Counted from the first letter of the stretch, positions 50,155 to 59,403 are shown. The stretch is DNA of 64,000 nt from an uncultured bacterium (GCA_964630235.1 CAZVUO010000001.1:254588-318587); one strand, 5' to 3'. Program-made: numbers and translations. The notes: generated from the sequence alone by a model not told the origin.

Positions 50155-51507
50155 ATGCGTCCCTGGTTCCGGTTTGCCCTGCTGTGCTGTCTTTGCCCTG
50201 GTCTGGCCGCGGCGGAACCGGAGTTGATCGACAACCGGCCCACCACCCTGGTGTATCCGCCCTTCTGGCACACCCCGTTCGGCATTCACCGCGGCACGCC
50301 CGAATTGCTGGCCTTGTTTATCGGCCAGCGAACCACCCTGGATGCCCCCGAAGACTTGGCGTGTCATCTCCTGCTCACGCGCGGTTCGGACGCGGAAGCC
50401 GGGCCGGAGTTTCTGCTCTCCGTGGTCGGCGCCAACACCGGCCGCGGCAATCTCATTTATAATCCCGACCTCCTGCGTCTGGACGTCGTAGGCGACCCGC
50501 GCCCCCTGGGCGCTCCCACGGGCGTGGCCATGCGTCTGGATGGCCTGGTGCTGGCCGCGGACCCGTCCCGGGGCCAGGTATTCTTGTTTTCCGCGAGCAA
50601 CCGCCGCCTGATCCCGGCGGGCCAGCTTTCACCTCCGCCCGGCGGCTGGGGCCGGCCCTGGGGCCTGGCTCTCGATTCCCAAGATCGGCTGTACGTGACC
50701 GACCGCGGGCTGGACCGGATCGCGGTCTATGCTCCGGAGGGGCACTGGCTGCGAACCATCGGCCCGGAACTTCCCGGCGGCGAGCGCCTGCAAGACCCAA
50801 CCACCGTGGCTGTGGCGGACAGCCGGGAACCCTGGTCGTTCTACCGCGATGATTTTCTTTTTGTCTGCGACCGCACGGGCACGCGCCTGCTGCGCCTGGA
50901 CCCTTCTTCCGGCCGCGTCCAGCGTTCGCTCGCGCTCGACCAGCTGCCGCCGGAAACCCGGCCGGTTGCCCTGGCCTGGATGGACCTGGACTTTTACGAG
51001 AACCTCTGGGCCACTGACCCGGCCGGTTCCCAGGTACACAAATTCGACCGCCACCTGCGCTACCTGACGGCGTTCGGACAACCGGGTCGGGGCGACGGCC
51101 GCTTCACCCGCCCCACGGGCATCGCGATCCACCGCCACTTCGGCCAGGTCTTCATCGCCGAAGCGGGCGGCGCGCATTATTTTTGGATCGGAGCGGATAT
51201 CCAGCGGGCGCAGGCCTGGCGCCCCCCCGCGTTTCCGGAGCAGGTGGAGGTGTCCTTCTGGTTGACCGAACCGGCGTGGATGACCATCACCGCCCAGCCG
51301 GAACGCGCCGCCAAACCCACGGACCTGTGCCGGCGGCAATGGTTTGATTCGGGAGCGCACCAAATTTCCTGGAGATCTCCGGACGCAGGCGCCGGCCTCC
51401 GGCTGGAATTGACCGCCGAAGCCACGTACTCCTCGGCCACTTACTTCGCCAAGCGGACGCGCCTGGATGTGCCGCCGCTGGATCCACCCGCTACTTCCGC
51501 CCCCTGA
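50155..51507 (+). CDS. Secreted NHL-repeat (beta-propeller) protein.
   Basis: Signal peptide MRPWFRFALLCCLCPGLAAAEPE. NHL-like blades include PWGLALDSQDRLYVTDRGLDRIAVYAPEG and PTGIAIHRHFGQVFIAEAGG. Confidence 0.7.
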   Translation: MRPWFRFALLCCLCPGLAAAEPELIDNRPTTLVYPPFWHTPFGIHRGTPELLALFIGQRTTLDAPEDLACHLLLTRGSDAEAGPEFLLSVVGANTGRGNLIYNPDLLRLDVVGDPRPLGAPTGVAMRLDGLVLAADPSRGQVFLFSASNRRLIPAGQLSPPPGGWGRPWGLALDSQDRLYVTDRGLDRIAVYAPEGHWLRTIGPELPGGERLQDPTTVAVADSREPWSFYRDDFLFVCDRTGTRLLRLDPSSGRVQRSLALDQLPPETRPVALAWMDLDFYENLWATDPAGSQVHKFDRHLRYLTAFGQPGRGDGRFTRPTGIAIHRHFGQVFIAEAGGAHYFWIGADIQRAQAWRPPAFPEQVEVSFWLTEPAWMTITAQPERAAKPTDLCRRQWFDSGAHQISWRSPDAGAGLRLELTAEATYSSATYFAKRTRLDVPPLDPPATSAP

Positions 51508-53320
51508 CCGTGATCACCACCCGCCGGTTGCGGTAGCGCTCGTCCGGATTGAGGCTGTCGGCCTCGGGGTCCTTGTCGCCCCGTCCGCGGACCAGGATCT
51601 GGGAGATGGGCACTTTATGATAGGCCGTCAGGTAGCGCGCCACGGCTTCTGCCCGGTTCTTGGACAGCAGAAGTTTCTGCTGGCCTTCGTCCACGGTATC
51701 CGCGTACCCGGCGATGAAGACCTTGCTGCTCGGGTGCGCTTTGATGAATTTGGCCGCCTCGGTGATGAGCTTCGAGGCGGAGCCGGAAATTTCCGACCGG
51801 CCGCGTTCGAACAGGATCGGCCCGAACTCGCGGGTTTCCACCAGGTCTTCGCTGGCCGGCGCCTTGCCCTTGGCCACCGGCAGCGTGCCCTCGGAACTCA
51901 CGCCGATGCGCCCGCTCTGCGTCTCCCGCTGGTTGTTCACGTCCGTCAGGAGAAGTTCGTAGCGGACGCCCTTGAGGTCCTCGACGGGCTGGTCCTTGTC
52001 GTTCTTGCAGTCCCATCCGATTTTTTCCGGCAGGCCTTCCCCGCCCAGGCTCCGGAGGGGTTTGCCGCCCGAGTCGGAAAGCGTGAGCGTCCATTTAAGA
52101 ATGCGCGGTCCGGACGCGCGCCGCACGACGAAGGTGACTTCCCGCTGGGTATCCTTCCCGCCGGGCACCCGCACGATCTTGGCTTCCACGCGCAGATTTT
52201 CCTTCAGCAGGGACCGCATGGCCGCCTCTTCCTGGGTCAGCGAGGTTTCCTGGCGGGGGGTGAAGGAGGGCATCACCGGATAGTTCATATCCGGGGCTGT
52301 CAAGGTTCGCTCGCCGGGTTCGGCTTTGCGCGTTTTGGATTTGGCCTTGGCTTTGGAAGGCTCTGGGCCGCCGGTAAATCGCAGGCCGATGGACAGGCGG
52401 TGGGATAATCCCAAATCGCCCTGCGGCGCGGCGGTATAGCCCAGGGACCAGGTGCCGAGCTCGAGGCCTAAGCCCGCGGTCAGTCCGGTCAATCCGGAAG
52501 GTCCCGGCGCAGCCGTGAACTGATAACCGAGGCGCACGAGGAACACCTCATACATTTGGTATTCCAGGCCCGCATGCACCCACGACTGCTCGGGCGCGGC
52601 CAGCAACAGTTCGAGATCGAAGGCAGGACGCAGCAGGTGGTCTTTCTGCAGCTTCCAGGCGTACGCACCGCCCAGGCGCACGGTGGTGGGCAGCGCGTAG
52701 CCGGCGACGCCCAGGCCGAGCTGGGAAGCGGTCAACCCCAGGGTGAGCTCGGGCGACACCTCATAGACGCCGCCCAGATCCGCCAAAACGGTCATGGGCT
52801 GGGCATCGCCCAATTCCTGCATGCAGAAGCGCAGCACCGCGCCCGCGGCCACTTGAGGCGTGATCCGCCAGCCCGACCCCAGGCTCACGCTGAACAGGCT
52901 CAGGGCGATCTGCCCGCTTTCCTGGACCAACTCGCCGGCCGCGGTCATGCCGGTGGGTTCGAGCGTTCCCAGTCCGAGGTAATTGATCCCCGCGGCCAGA
53001 CCCAGTTGCTTGGAGAGCGGCAGGCCGAAAAGCAAGCTTTCCTGGTTGATCTCCTGGATCCAGCTGTTGTGAATGAATTCCGCTTGGGCCACGGTCAGGT
53101 ACCCCAGGCCGGCCGGGTTGCCGTGCAAGCTCTCCACGCCCGAGAACAGCGCGGCGGTTGCGCCGCCCAAGGCTGGGCCCCGGGTGCCGACCCCGATCTG
53201 CAGTTCTGGCAGGGCGAACTGGGCGTAGGGATAGACTTCCTCCACTTCGGCCGCGCGCAGCCCCGCGGGCAGAAGGCAGAGGGCAAGACCGGCGATCCTC
53301 GCAATGCGTTTCAATTGCAT
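51491..53320 (-). CDS. Outer-membrane protein that fuses a PorV-like beta-barrel to a C-terminal OmpA peptidoglycan-binding domain.
   Basis: Signal peptide MQLKRIARIAGLALCLLPAGLRAAE. PorV-family signature GTRGPALGGATAALFSGVESLHGNPAGLG. C-terminal OmpA-like KVFIAGYADTVDEGQQKLLLSKNRAEAVARYL...RYRNRRVVITV. Confidence 0.72.
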   Translation of the reverse strand: MQLKRIARIAGLALCLLPAGLRAAEVEEVYPYAQFALPELQIGVGTRGPALGGATAALFSGVESLHGNPAGLGYLTVAQAEFIHNSWIQEINQESLLFGLPLSKQLGLAAGINYLGLGTLEPTGMTAAGELVQESGQIALSLFSVSLGSGWRITPQVAAGAVLRFCMQELGDAQPMTVLADLGGVYEVSPELTLGLTASQLGLGVAGYALPTTVRLGGAYAWKLQKDHLLRPAFDLELLLAAPEQSWVHAGLEYQMYEVFLVRLGYQFTAAPGPSGLTGLTAGLGLELGTWSLGYTAAPQGDLGLSHRLSIGLRFTGGPEPSKAKAKSKTRKAEPGERTLTAPDMNYPVMPSFTPRQETSLTQEEAAMRSLLKENLRVEAKIVRVPGGKDTQREVTFVVRRASGPRILKWTLTLSDSGGKPLRSLGGEGLPEKIGWDCKNDKDQPVEDLKGVRYELLLTDVNNQRETQSGRIGVSSEGTLPVAKGKAPASEDLVETREFGPILFERGRSEISGSASKLITEAAKFIKAHPSSKVFIAGYADTVDEGQQKLLLSKNRAEAVARYLTAYHKVPISQILVRGRGDKDPEADSLNPDERYRNRRVVITVRGRK

Positions 53321-53335
53321 ATCCTTGGGTGTGCG

Positions 53336-54361
53336 TTATTTGGTGATGACCAGGCGTTTCATCTTCAGCCGGGTCATCTGGCCGCTCAGGGTTTTGATGG
53401 TGACCTGGTATAGATAAACGCCTGGCGCCACGCCGCTGATATCCCAGGTGGTCCGGCGGTTGATCAGGCCGGCCTGGTTCTTGTCCTCCAGATGGGCCAC
53501 TTTCCGGCCCAGCACGTTATAGACGTCCACGTCAATGTCCGCGGGCTCGCCCAGGGAATACATGAAGGTCACGCTGTCGCCGGCCGCGGGATTGGGGAAC
53601 GCCACGGCCTCGCCGCCCGGCACCGCGTAGGGCGTGATCGTGGGCGTGGGCGAGATCGTGGGCGAGATCGTGGAGGTCATCGTGATGGTGGGGGAAATGG
53701 TGCGCGTGGGCGTGATGGTGGGCGTCCGCGTGACCGTGCGGGTGGGGGTAATGGTCGGCGTCGCGGTCTTGGTGGCCGTGATCACGTTCAGCGTCACGTC
53801 GTCCAGGCGGATGAACGTGGCATCGGAAATGCCGTCGTCCGTGGCGCGGAACACCAGCTGCACGTTCTGGCCGCCGAACGTGCTGAGCTCGAGGTACTTG
53901 TCCACGCGCGTCCAGCCCGGCGTGGGCGTGGGCTGGATCAACATACCGTTCCCTTGCTCCCGGAACAGCTGGATGCCGCCGAAGGTCCCTTCGGCGTAGA
54001 GTTGACTCCCAAATATATAGGAGATATACCAGTCATAATAGACCGTGAGCGTGGCGCCCAGCGCGTCGCGCGGAACCGCCACGCTCTGGGAGATCACGGA
54101 ATTGTTGTACCCGCCCAGACTGTTCCCAGGCGCGACCACGACCACGCCCGTGCCGCCGCCGTGCTGCAGCACGCCGGAGTGCTGGGTCGGGTTGTAAGGG
54201 GAGGGATTGGCGCTGGTGACCCAGGCCGGGATGTGGCCGGCGCCCGTGGTCTCGAAGTTGCCGTTGACGATCAGCTCCAGGGCGGACGCTGATCCGGCAC
54301 AGAAACAACCCAACAGGAGTCCGGCGAAAATGAAACGGCAACGACAACGCCAAGCGGCCAT
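53336..54361 (-). CDS. Secreted protein with a T9SS-type C-terminal sorting domain and a Thr/Pro-rich linker.
   Basis: Signal peptide. N-terminal LELIVNGNFE, resembling carbohydrate-binding modules. Linker TPTITPTRTVTRTPTITPTRTISPTITMTSTISPTISPTPTITP. C-terminus VAFPNPAAGDSVTFMYSL...IDVDVYNVLGRKV...GVYLYQVTIKT, resembling the Por/T9SS type A sorting domain. Confidence 0.72.
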   Translation of the reverse strand: MAAWRCRCRFIFAGLLLGCFCAGSASALELIVNGNFETTGAGHIPAWVTSANPSPYNPTQHSGVLQHGGGTGVVVVAPGNSLGGYNNSVISQSVAVPRDALGATLTVYYDWYISYIFGSQLYAEGTFGGIQLFREQGNGMLIQPTPTPGWTRVDKYLELSTFGGQNVQLVFRATDDGISDATFIRLDDVTLNVITATKTATPTITPTRTVTRTPTITPTRTISPTITMTSTISPTISPTPTITPYAVPGGEAVAFPNPAAGDSVTFMYSLGEPADIDVDVYNVLGRKVAHLEDKNQAGLINRRTTWDISGVAPGVYLYQVTIKTLSGQMTRLKMKRLVITK

Positions 54362-54456
54362 GCAGCGCCTCGGTGAGGGTGAATGGCCATAGTATAGCTC
54401 ATTTTTCAGGCAGGCTCAAGGTCAATAGCCCCCAGGACGGCGGGGGGAAAGAAAAG

Positions 54457-55395
54457 TCATTTGAACCGCAACATTAACGTAACGCGGTGCTGGTGGCGGC
54501 TCATTTCGGAGAGGTCGTAGAGGAAGGCGTAGTCCACTTCGTAGTATTCCGGCCGGTAGGAGGCGCCGAAGCTGACCTCCTGGCCCGAGAACCCAGCCCG
54601 CAGGCCCAGGCTGGCCTGGTACCAGTACTCCGCGCCCAGGCGGTAACCGAGCCGGTAGTATTCGCTGAACTCCAGGTCCACGGCCGTGATCAGGTGGTTG
54701 AAATAGACCTCCTGCTGGGAGGGGAAGAATTTCAGCGCCACGCCCACTTTGCCGTTCACCAAGGAGGGGTCCAGGGTTCCTTCGCCGGTCTGCCAGTATA
54801 CGCGCTGAAAGAGGTTCTGCACGTTGAGACCGATGGTGTGGTCCCACTGCAGGAAAGGCTGCCACAGCACGCCCACGTCCAGTCCGTGGCCCACGGCCTG
54901 ATACTCGCCCACGCCCTGGTGCAGGAACTTGAGGCTGGCGCCCAGGGACAAACCCTTCACCCATTCGTACATTTTGCGTCCGTAACTCACCCAGATCGTA
55001 TTCTCGCTGCTGCCGAAATTTTGGGTGACCAGCCCCAGGTCGTCACGTCCCTCGAGGCCGGCAATGGAGAAATTGATCCACGAGACCGAGAAGGCGCCGA
55101 TCTCCGGCAGCTGGAAGGAATAGGAGAGGTAGCTGGAACTCATTTGGTCTTGCAGGAAGACATACTGCAAGGCCGCTTGGTAGAGGTAGAGGTCCATCTG
55201 CCCGAGGCCGGCCGGGTTCCAGTACCCGGCCGTGGCGTCGTCCGCCAGGGCCACGAACGCGCCGCCCATGCCGGCCGCCCGGCTGCCCGCGCCCTGGGTC
55301 CAGTACGCGGCCGAGCCGTAGTTGTTGCCGTCCGCTTGCGCGAGGGCGGCAGTGATCAAGGTGATTCCAACAACCAACCAAGTTTTGCGAATCAT
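54457..55395 (-). CDS. PorV/PorQ-family outer-membrane beta-barrel protein.
   Basis: Signal peptide MIRKTWLVVGITLITAALAQA. Signature GAGSRAAGMGGAFVALADDATAGYWNPAGLG. Alternating beta-strand pattern ending in ...HRVTLMLRFK. Confidence 0.75.
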   Translation of the reverse strand: MIRKTWLVVGITLITAALAQADGNNYGSAAYWTQGAGSRAAGMGGAFVALADDATAGYWNPAGLGQMDLYLYQAALQYVFLQDQMSSSYLSYSFQLPEIGAFSVSWINFSIAGLEGRDDLGLVTQNFGSSENTIWVSYGRKMYEWVKGLSLGASLKFLHQGVGEYQAVGHGLDVGVLWQPFLQWDHTIGLNVQNLFQRVYWQTGEGTLDPSLVNGKVGVALKFFPSQQEVYFNHLITAVDLEFSEYYRLGYRLGAEYWYQASLGLRAGFSGQEVSFGASYRPEYYEVDYAFLYDLSEMSRHQHRVTLMLRFK

Positions 55396-55470
55396 GTCAG
55401 GTACCCCTCTCTCCTGAAGTGGTTAACCTATTAGACCATGTGCCGCGGATTTTCATGCGCCTATTTTAAT

Positions 55471-56196
55471 TCATTCCACTTCCCCGGGTTTGACCGCGCG
55501 GTGGAGCGTGGCCACCCCGCCGCCCAGACGCTGGTATTCCACGCTGTCGAAGCCCGCCCGGACCAGCATGCGGCTCAACTTGTCCGGATCCGGATAATGC
55601 CGGAGGCTGTCGTGCAGGGGATGCAGCAGCGCTTTCGGGGCCTTGGTCCGCCATCGCCCCAGCAGGGGGAACAGGTATTCACGGTAGAACTGGACCGGCC
55701 ACCGCAGGGGATGGCGCGGCACGGCCAGCTCCAGGATCACGAGCGGATGGCGCCGGCGCAGCACGCGCTGGCATTCCCTCAGCACCGTGCGAATGTCGGA
55801 AACAAACCGCAGGCCGAAGGTAATAAACACCGCGTCAAAGAATTCATCCGGAAAGGGCATGATCTCGACGTTCTCGGTCTTGAATTCCACGCGGCGGTGC
55901 AGGTGCTGGACGCGCAGTTTTTGCTTGGCCACGGCCACCATGGCCGGGCAGAAATCCGCGGCCACGATGTGGGTCTGGGGGCCGTAACTGTTGGCCAGCT
56001 GTTGCGACAGGTGCCCGATCCCCGAACAGGCGTCCAAAATCCGGTGCGGCTTGGCGAGCAGGGTCTGCTGGACCGCCCGCCTGCGCCAGACCTCGCCCCG
56101 GCCGAAGGTCAGGGCCGGCTCGACCTGGTCATAGACTTCGGCCAGCTGGGTGAAAATGTTCCGTACCAGGCGGTTCTTGGAAATGGAACGGACCAT
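55471..56196 (-). CDS. Class I SAM-dependent methyltransferase, UbiE/MenG-like.
   Basis: YDQVEPALTFGRGEVWRR (UbiE-like N-terminus), SAM motif ILDACSGIGHLS, FDAVFITFGLRFVSD. Confidence 0.78.
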   Translation of the reverse strand: MVRSISKNRLVRNIFTQLAEVYDQVEPALTFGRGEVWRRRAVQQTLLAKPHRILDACSGIGHLSQQLANSYGPQTHIVAADFCPAMVAVAKQKLRVQHLHRRVEFKTENVEIMPFPDEFFDAVFITFGLRFVSDIRTVLRECQRVLRRRHPLVILELAVPRHPLRWPVQFYREYLFPLLGRWRTKAPKALLHPLHDSLRHYPDPDKLSRMLVRAGFDSVEYQRLGGGVATLHRAVKPGEVE

Positions 56197-56216
56197 GGCT
56201 GTTCCTCGGATCTCCT

Positions 56217-56942
56217 CTATGTCAGCTCGCGGTACAGTTTGAACAGTTCGCGGAACGCGCGGGCGATCACGCCGAGCTTGGCCCCGGTCTGGGTGCCGGC
56301 CGTGCGGGGGTAGTGGTGCACGCCCACCTGGGCGAAGCGGTATCCCGCTTTTTTCGCGCGCGCCAGCAGCTCGGTGGAGATCATGGCGCCGCTGGCCTTG
56401 AATTCACACTGGTCCACCACGCGCCGCCGGAACAGCTTGAACGCGCAGTCAATGTCGCGGATGGACAGCCCGAAGAGAAAACGCACCAGGGTCCCCCACG
56501 CCCAGGCGTTGAGCAGGCGGACCAGCGGGTCGCGCCGCTTCAGGCGGAAACCGGCCACGAAATCCGCCGCCGCAGCGGCCGGAAGCAGCAGTTCCAGCTC
56601 CCGGGTGTCGAACTGGCCGTCCCCGTCCGTGAAAAAGATCCATTCGAGCTTGGCCTCCCGCAGCCCGGTCTTGACCGCGCCGCCGTAGCCCTGATTGCGT
56701 TCGTGGCGGATGTAGCGAACCTGCGGGATCTCCCGGGCCAGCTGGCGGGCCACTTCGGGCGTGCGGTCGCGCGAGCCGTCGTCCACGATGATGATCTCCC
56801 ACTTGGCGGCCAGCCGGGCCAGCGTCTCGGCCGTGCGGCGGGTCAGGCGGTCCAAGTTGTCGGCCTCGTTGTAGGCCGGAAAGAAAGCGGAGATCTCCAG
56901 CCGCGGCAAAGGCATCGGCGTTTTAGCGCTTGCGGTCTGCAC
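56217..56942 (-). CDS. Family 2 glycosyltransferase (polyprenol-phosphate glycosyltransferase-like).
   Basis: ISAFFPAYNEADNL, IIIVDDGSRDRT, NQGYGGAVKTG, FFTDGDGQFD. The alternative start M10 at 56915 would remove the 20-nt overlap with the upstream gene. Confidence 0.85.
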   Translation of the reverse strand: MQTASAKTPMPLPRLEISAFFPAYNEADNLDRLTRRTAETLARLAAKWEIIIVDDGSRDRTPEVARQLAREIPQVRYIRHERNQGYGGAVKTGLREAKLEWIFFTDGDGQFDTRELELLLPAAAAADFVAGFRLKRRDPLVRLLNAWAWGTLVRFLFGLSIRDIDCAFKLFRRRVVDQCEFKASGAMISTELLARAKKAGYRFAQVGVHHYPRTAGTQTGAKLGVIARAFRELFKLYRELT

Positions 56943-58320
56943 GGACGTTTCCTCCTCGGGATCTCAGATTGATCTGGATGCGCGCCGGACGGGCCCTCCG
57001 GCGAGCGGGCGCGGGCGGCTGGTATTCCAGTACGGCCTGCGCCGCCTGGCGGCCGAGGCGCAGGCTGTAGCTCATGCCCCGGTCCTCGGGATAAATTTGG
57101 GCCATGTTGGCCAAGAACAGGCCGGCCAGCGGCGCCGGGTGCGGCACCAGCCGCGCGCCATAGCCGGTCCGGATCACGGGCTGGGCATACGGCGCGCGGA
57201 ACACGCGGGTCTCGGCGACGTCGGAGGGGTCGAACCCCGGCGCCACGCGGGACAAGTAGGCGTAGAACTCGTGCAGCACGGCCGTGTCGTTCGCCCGGTA
57301 GCGCGGGTGGCGGGTCGGCACATAGCTGGACAGATAGAGCGTGTGGCGGCCGCCGTAGGTTTCGGGCGGCACGAAATTGGTATGCTCGATCACCGCGATG
57401 AAGGGGCTGGCCAGGTCCGGAACGTTCATCCAGTAGATGGGCGAGAGCGAGCGCTTCAGGGTCAGGACCGCGCAGACATTGCCCAGGTATTCCACCTGGC
57501 GCAGGCGGTCCCAGTATTCGCCCCCGAGGTTCGGGGGGAGCATGGCCCACAGCGCCGGCGGCGCCTGGGTGGCCAGCACCGCGTCCAGCCGCTCCCGGCG
57601 CCGGGAGGTACGCCAGCCCGCGACCCGGCCCTGCTCGAGGATCAGGCCGCGCACGGTTTCCCCGCAGCGGACGCGGCCGCCCAGGGCCGTGATCCGCGCC
57701 GCGAGCGCGTCGTGCAGGACCTGGAAACTTCCGTTCAGATAACCCAGGCTCTCCTTCAGCATGCCCCGCTCCCGGCTCCCGGCCCGGGTGTGGATGCGCG
57801 AATAGAACCAGGGCATGCCGATGTCGTCGGCGTACTCGCCGAACTTGCCGTGTAGCAGGGGCCCCCAGACCGCGTCCCAGGCCTGCCGGCCGAAGGCTTT
57901 CAGCATCCAGTCCTTGGCGCGCACCTGCTCGTACTTCTGCCAGCGCTTCACGCGGGAGAGGTAGAGGATGCAGAGGCCGAACCGGATGCGGTTGGGAAAG
58001 GACAACGGGGTAAACCGCAGGAGGTCCAGGGGCGTGGCGAATTTTTGCAGGCGCCCGCCGGAATAGATGCCCATGGGCGTTTCGCGCCACACCAGCCGGT
58101 CCGCAAGACCCAGGTCGCGGATGGTCTGGATGGTCTCCAGGTCCGTCGTGAAGATGTGGTGGTAGAACATTTCCAGCCGCGTGCCGCCGTAGGCGAAGGT
58201 CCCGGCCAGCCCGCCGGGCTGCGGCGCCTGCTCCGCCACCACCACTTCGTGCCCGGCTTGCGCCAGGGCCTGCCCCGCTGCCAGTCCCGCCAGCCCGGCG
58301 CCCACGATGCCGACGCGCAT
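56923..58320 (-). CDS. FAD/NAD(P)-binding oxidoreductase (amine oxidase / phytoene desaturase superfamily).
   Basis: N-terminal Rossmann motif MRVGIVGAGLAGLAAGQALAQAGHEVVVAEQAPQPGG. The ATG directly abuts the upstream stop (TAGATG). Confidence 0.8.
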   Translation of the reverse strand: MRVGIVGAGLAGLAAGQALAQAGHEVVVAEQAPQPGGLAGTFAYGGTRLEMFYHHIFTTDLETIQTIRDLGLADRLVWRETPMGIYSGGRLQKFATPLDLLRFTPLSFPNRIRFGLCILYLSRVKRWQKYEQVRAKDWMLKAFGRQAWDAVWGPLLHGKFGEYADDIGMPWFYSRIHTRAGSRERGMLKESLGYLNGSFQVLHDALAARITALGGRVRCGETVRGLILEQGRVAGWRTSRRRERLDAVLATQAPPALWAMLPPNLGGEYWDRLRQVEYLGNVCAVLTLKRSLSPIYWMNVPDLASPFIAVIEHTNFVPPETYGGRHTLYLSSYVPTRHPRYRANDTAVLHEFYAYLSRVAPGFDPSDVAETRVFRAPYAQPVIRTGYGARLVPHPAPLAGLFLANMAQIYPEDRGMSYSLRLGRQAAQAVLEYQPPAPARRRARPARIQINLRSRGGNVRADRKR

Positions 58321-59361
58321 CTAGTTGGCCCCCGTCTCGGGCGCGGTCTGCGTCGCGGCCGTGTCTTCGATCTCGTGGAAGCTGAGCTTCCAGGTCCACA
58401 TGTAATACAGGCCCCAGAGCGTGATGGGCAGCCAGATCAGGGCGTGGATCACCAGCACGCACGGGAGGGAGACGCTCTTCTCCACGCCGAAGAAGCGCAG
58501 GGTGCTCACCCCGAAGAATTCGAACGGCCCGACATAACCGGGCGAGGACGGCAGCATGATGCCCAGGTTGACCACGGCCATGAGCATCACGGCCGCATAC
58601 ACGGGCAGCTGCAGGCCGAAGGCCAGCAGCACGAAGTAATAGGCCGCGCTCTCGCACAGCCACGCGAGCAGCGAGAAGCAGAAGGCCAGCAAGCTGTCCT
58701 TGCGGTTCCGGAGGCCGGCCAGGCCGGAGATGAACGAATCCACGAGCCGGGCCGCTTTCGGCCGCAGGCCCTCGGGCAGGATCCGCATGAGCGTGGTGAG
58801 CACGGCCTTGGCCCGCTCCTTCCAGGTAATGAGCGCGAACAGGACCGCGAACAGCACGATGAACAGCAGGGTGGTGAGGTCCACCACGGTGTTGACCAGG
58901 TCCACGAAGTGGGCGTTGGCGGCCGTGCGCGGCACCTGGAACAGGGCCAGGACCACGCCGGCGAGGAGCACCATGACCAGGCCGTCGAACGCGCGCTGCA
59001 TGATCATGGTCGCGAACACCGCGGCCTTGGACACGCCTTCGCGCTTGCCCACCACGTAGGCCGGAACGAACTCGCCCGCGCGGGCGGGCAGCACGTTGTT
59101 GGCCATGAAGCCCAGGATCAGCGGCGGGAACAGGCTCTGCCAGGGCAGGGGCTTGACCGCGTTGAGCAGATAGCTCCAGCGCACGGCCCGCAGCCAGTAG
59201 CCGAGCAGGTAGACGGCCAGCGCGGGGACCATCCAGCCGTACTGCGCGCCCAGCAAGGCCTGGATCAGCTCGGCCCAGTCCACCTGGCGGAACACCAGGT
59301 AGAGCAGGACCGCGGTGACCGCCAGCCCCAGCCAAAATCTTTTCTTTTTGATCAGGCTCAT
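58321..59361 (-). CDS. Flippase-like membrane protein (UPF0104 / lysylphosphatidylglycerol-synthase transmembrane-region family).
   Basis: Polytopic 346-aa protein. Motifs are LRAVRWSYLL and GFMANNVLPARAGEFVPAYVVGKREG. Confidence 0.72.
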   Translation of the reverse strand: MSLIKKKRFWLGLAVTAVLLYLVFRQVDWAELIQALLGAQYGWMVPALAVYLLGYWLRAVRWSYLLNAVKPLPWQSLFPPLILGFMANNVLPARAGEFVPAYVVGKREGVSKAAVFATMIMQRAFDGLVMVLLAGVVLALFQVPRTAANAHFVDLVNTVVDLTTLLFIVLFAVLFALITWKERAKAVLTTLMRILPEGLRPKAARLVDSFISGLAGLRNRKDSLLAFCFSLLAWLCESAAYYFVLLAFGLQLPVYAAVMLMAVVNLGIMLPSSPGYVGPFEFFGVSTLRFFGVEKSVSLPCVLVIHALIWLPITLWGLYYMWTWKLSFHEIEDTAATQTAPETGAN

Positions 59362-59403
59362 CCGAATGATCCCCTTCTATCCACTTGCCGGACTCGACTA
59401 GAG

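Noticed and set aside
56843-59335. 830-aa minus-strand ORF.
   Set aside because: It is an off-frame overlap of the FAD oxidoreductase and flippase-like genes. The translation is an R/P/G/A low-complexity string typical of wrong frames in GC-rich DNA. The chosen frames carry a Rossmann GxGxxG motif and a coherent polytopic membrane protein.
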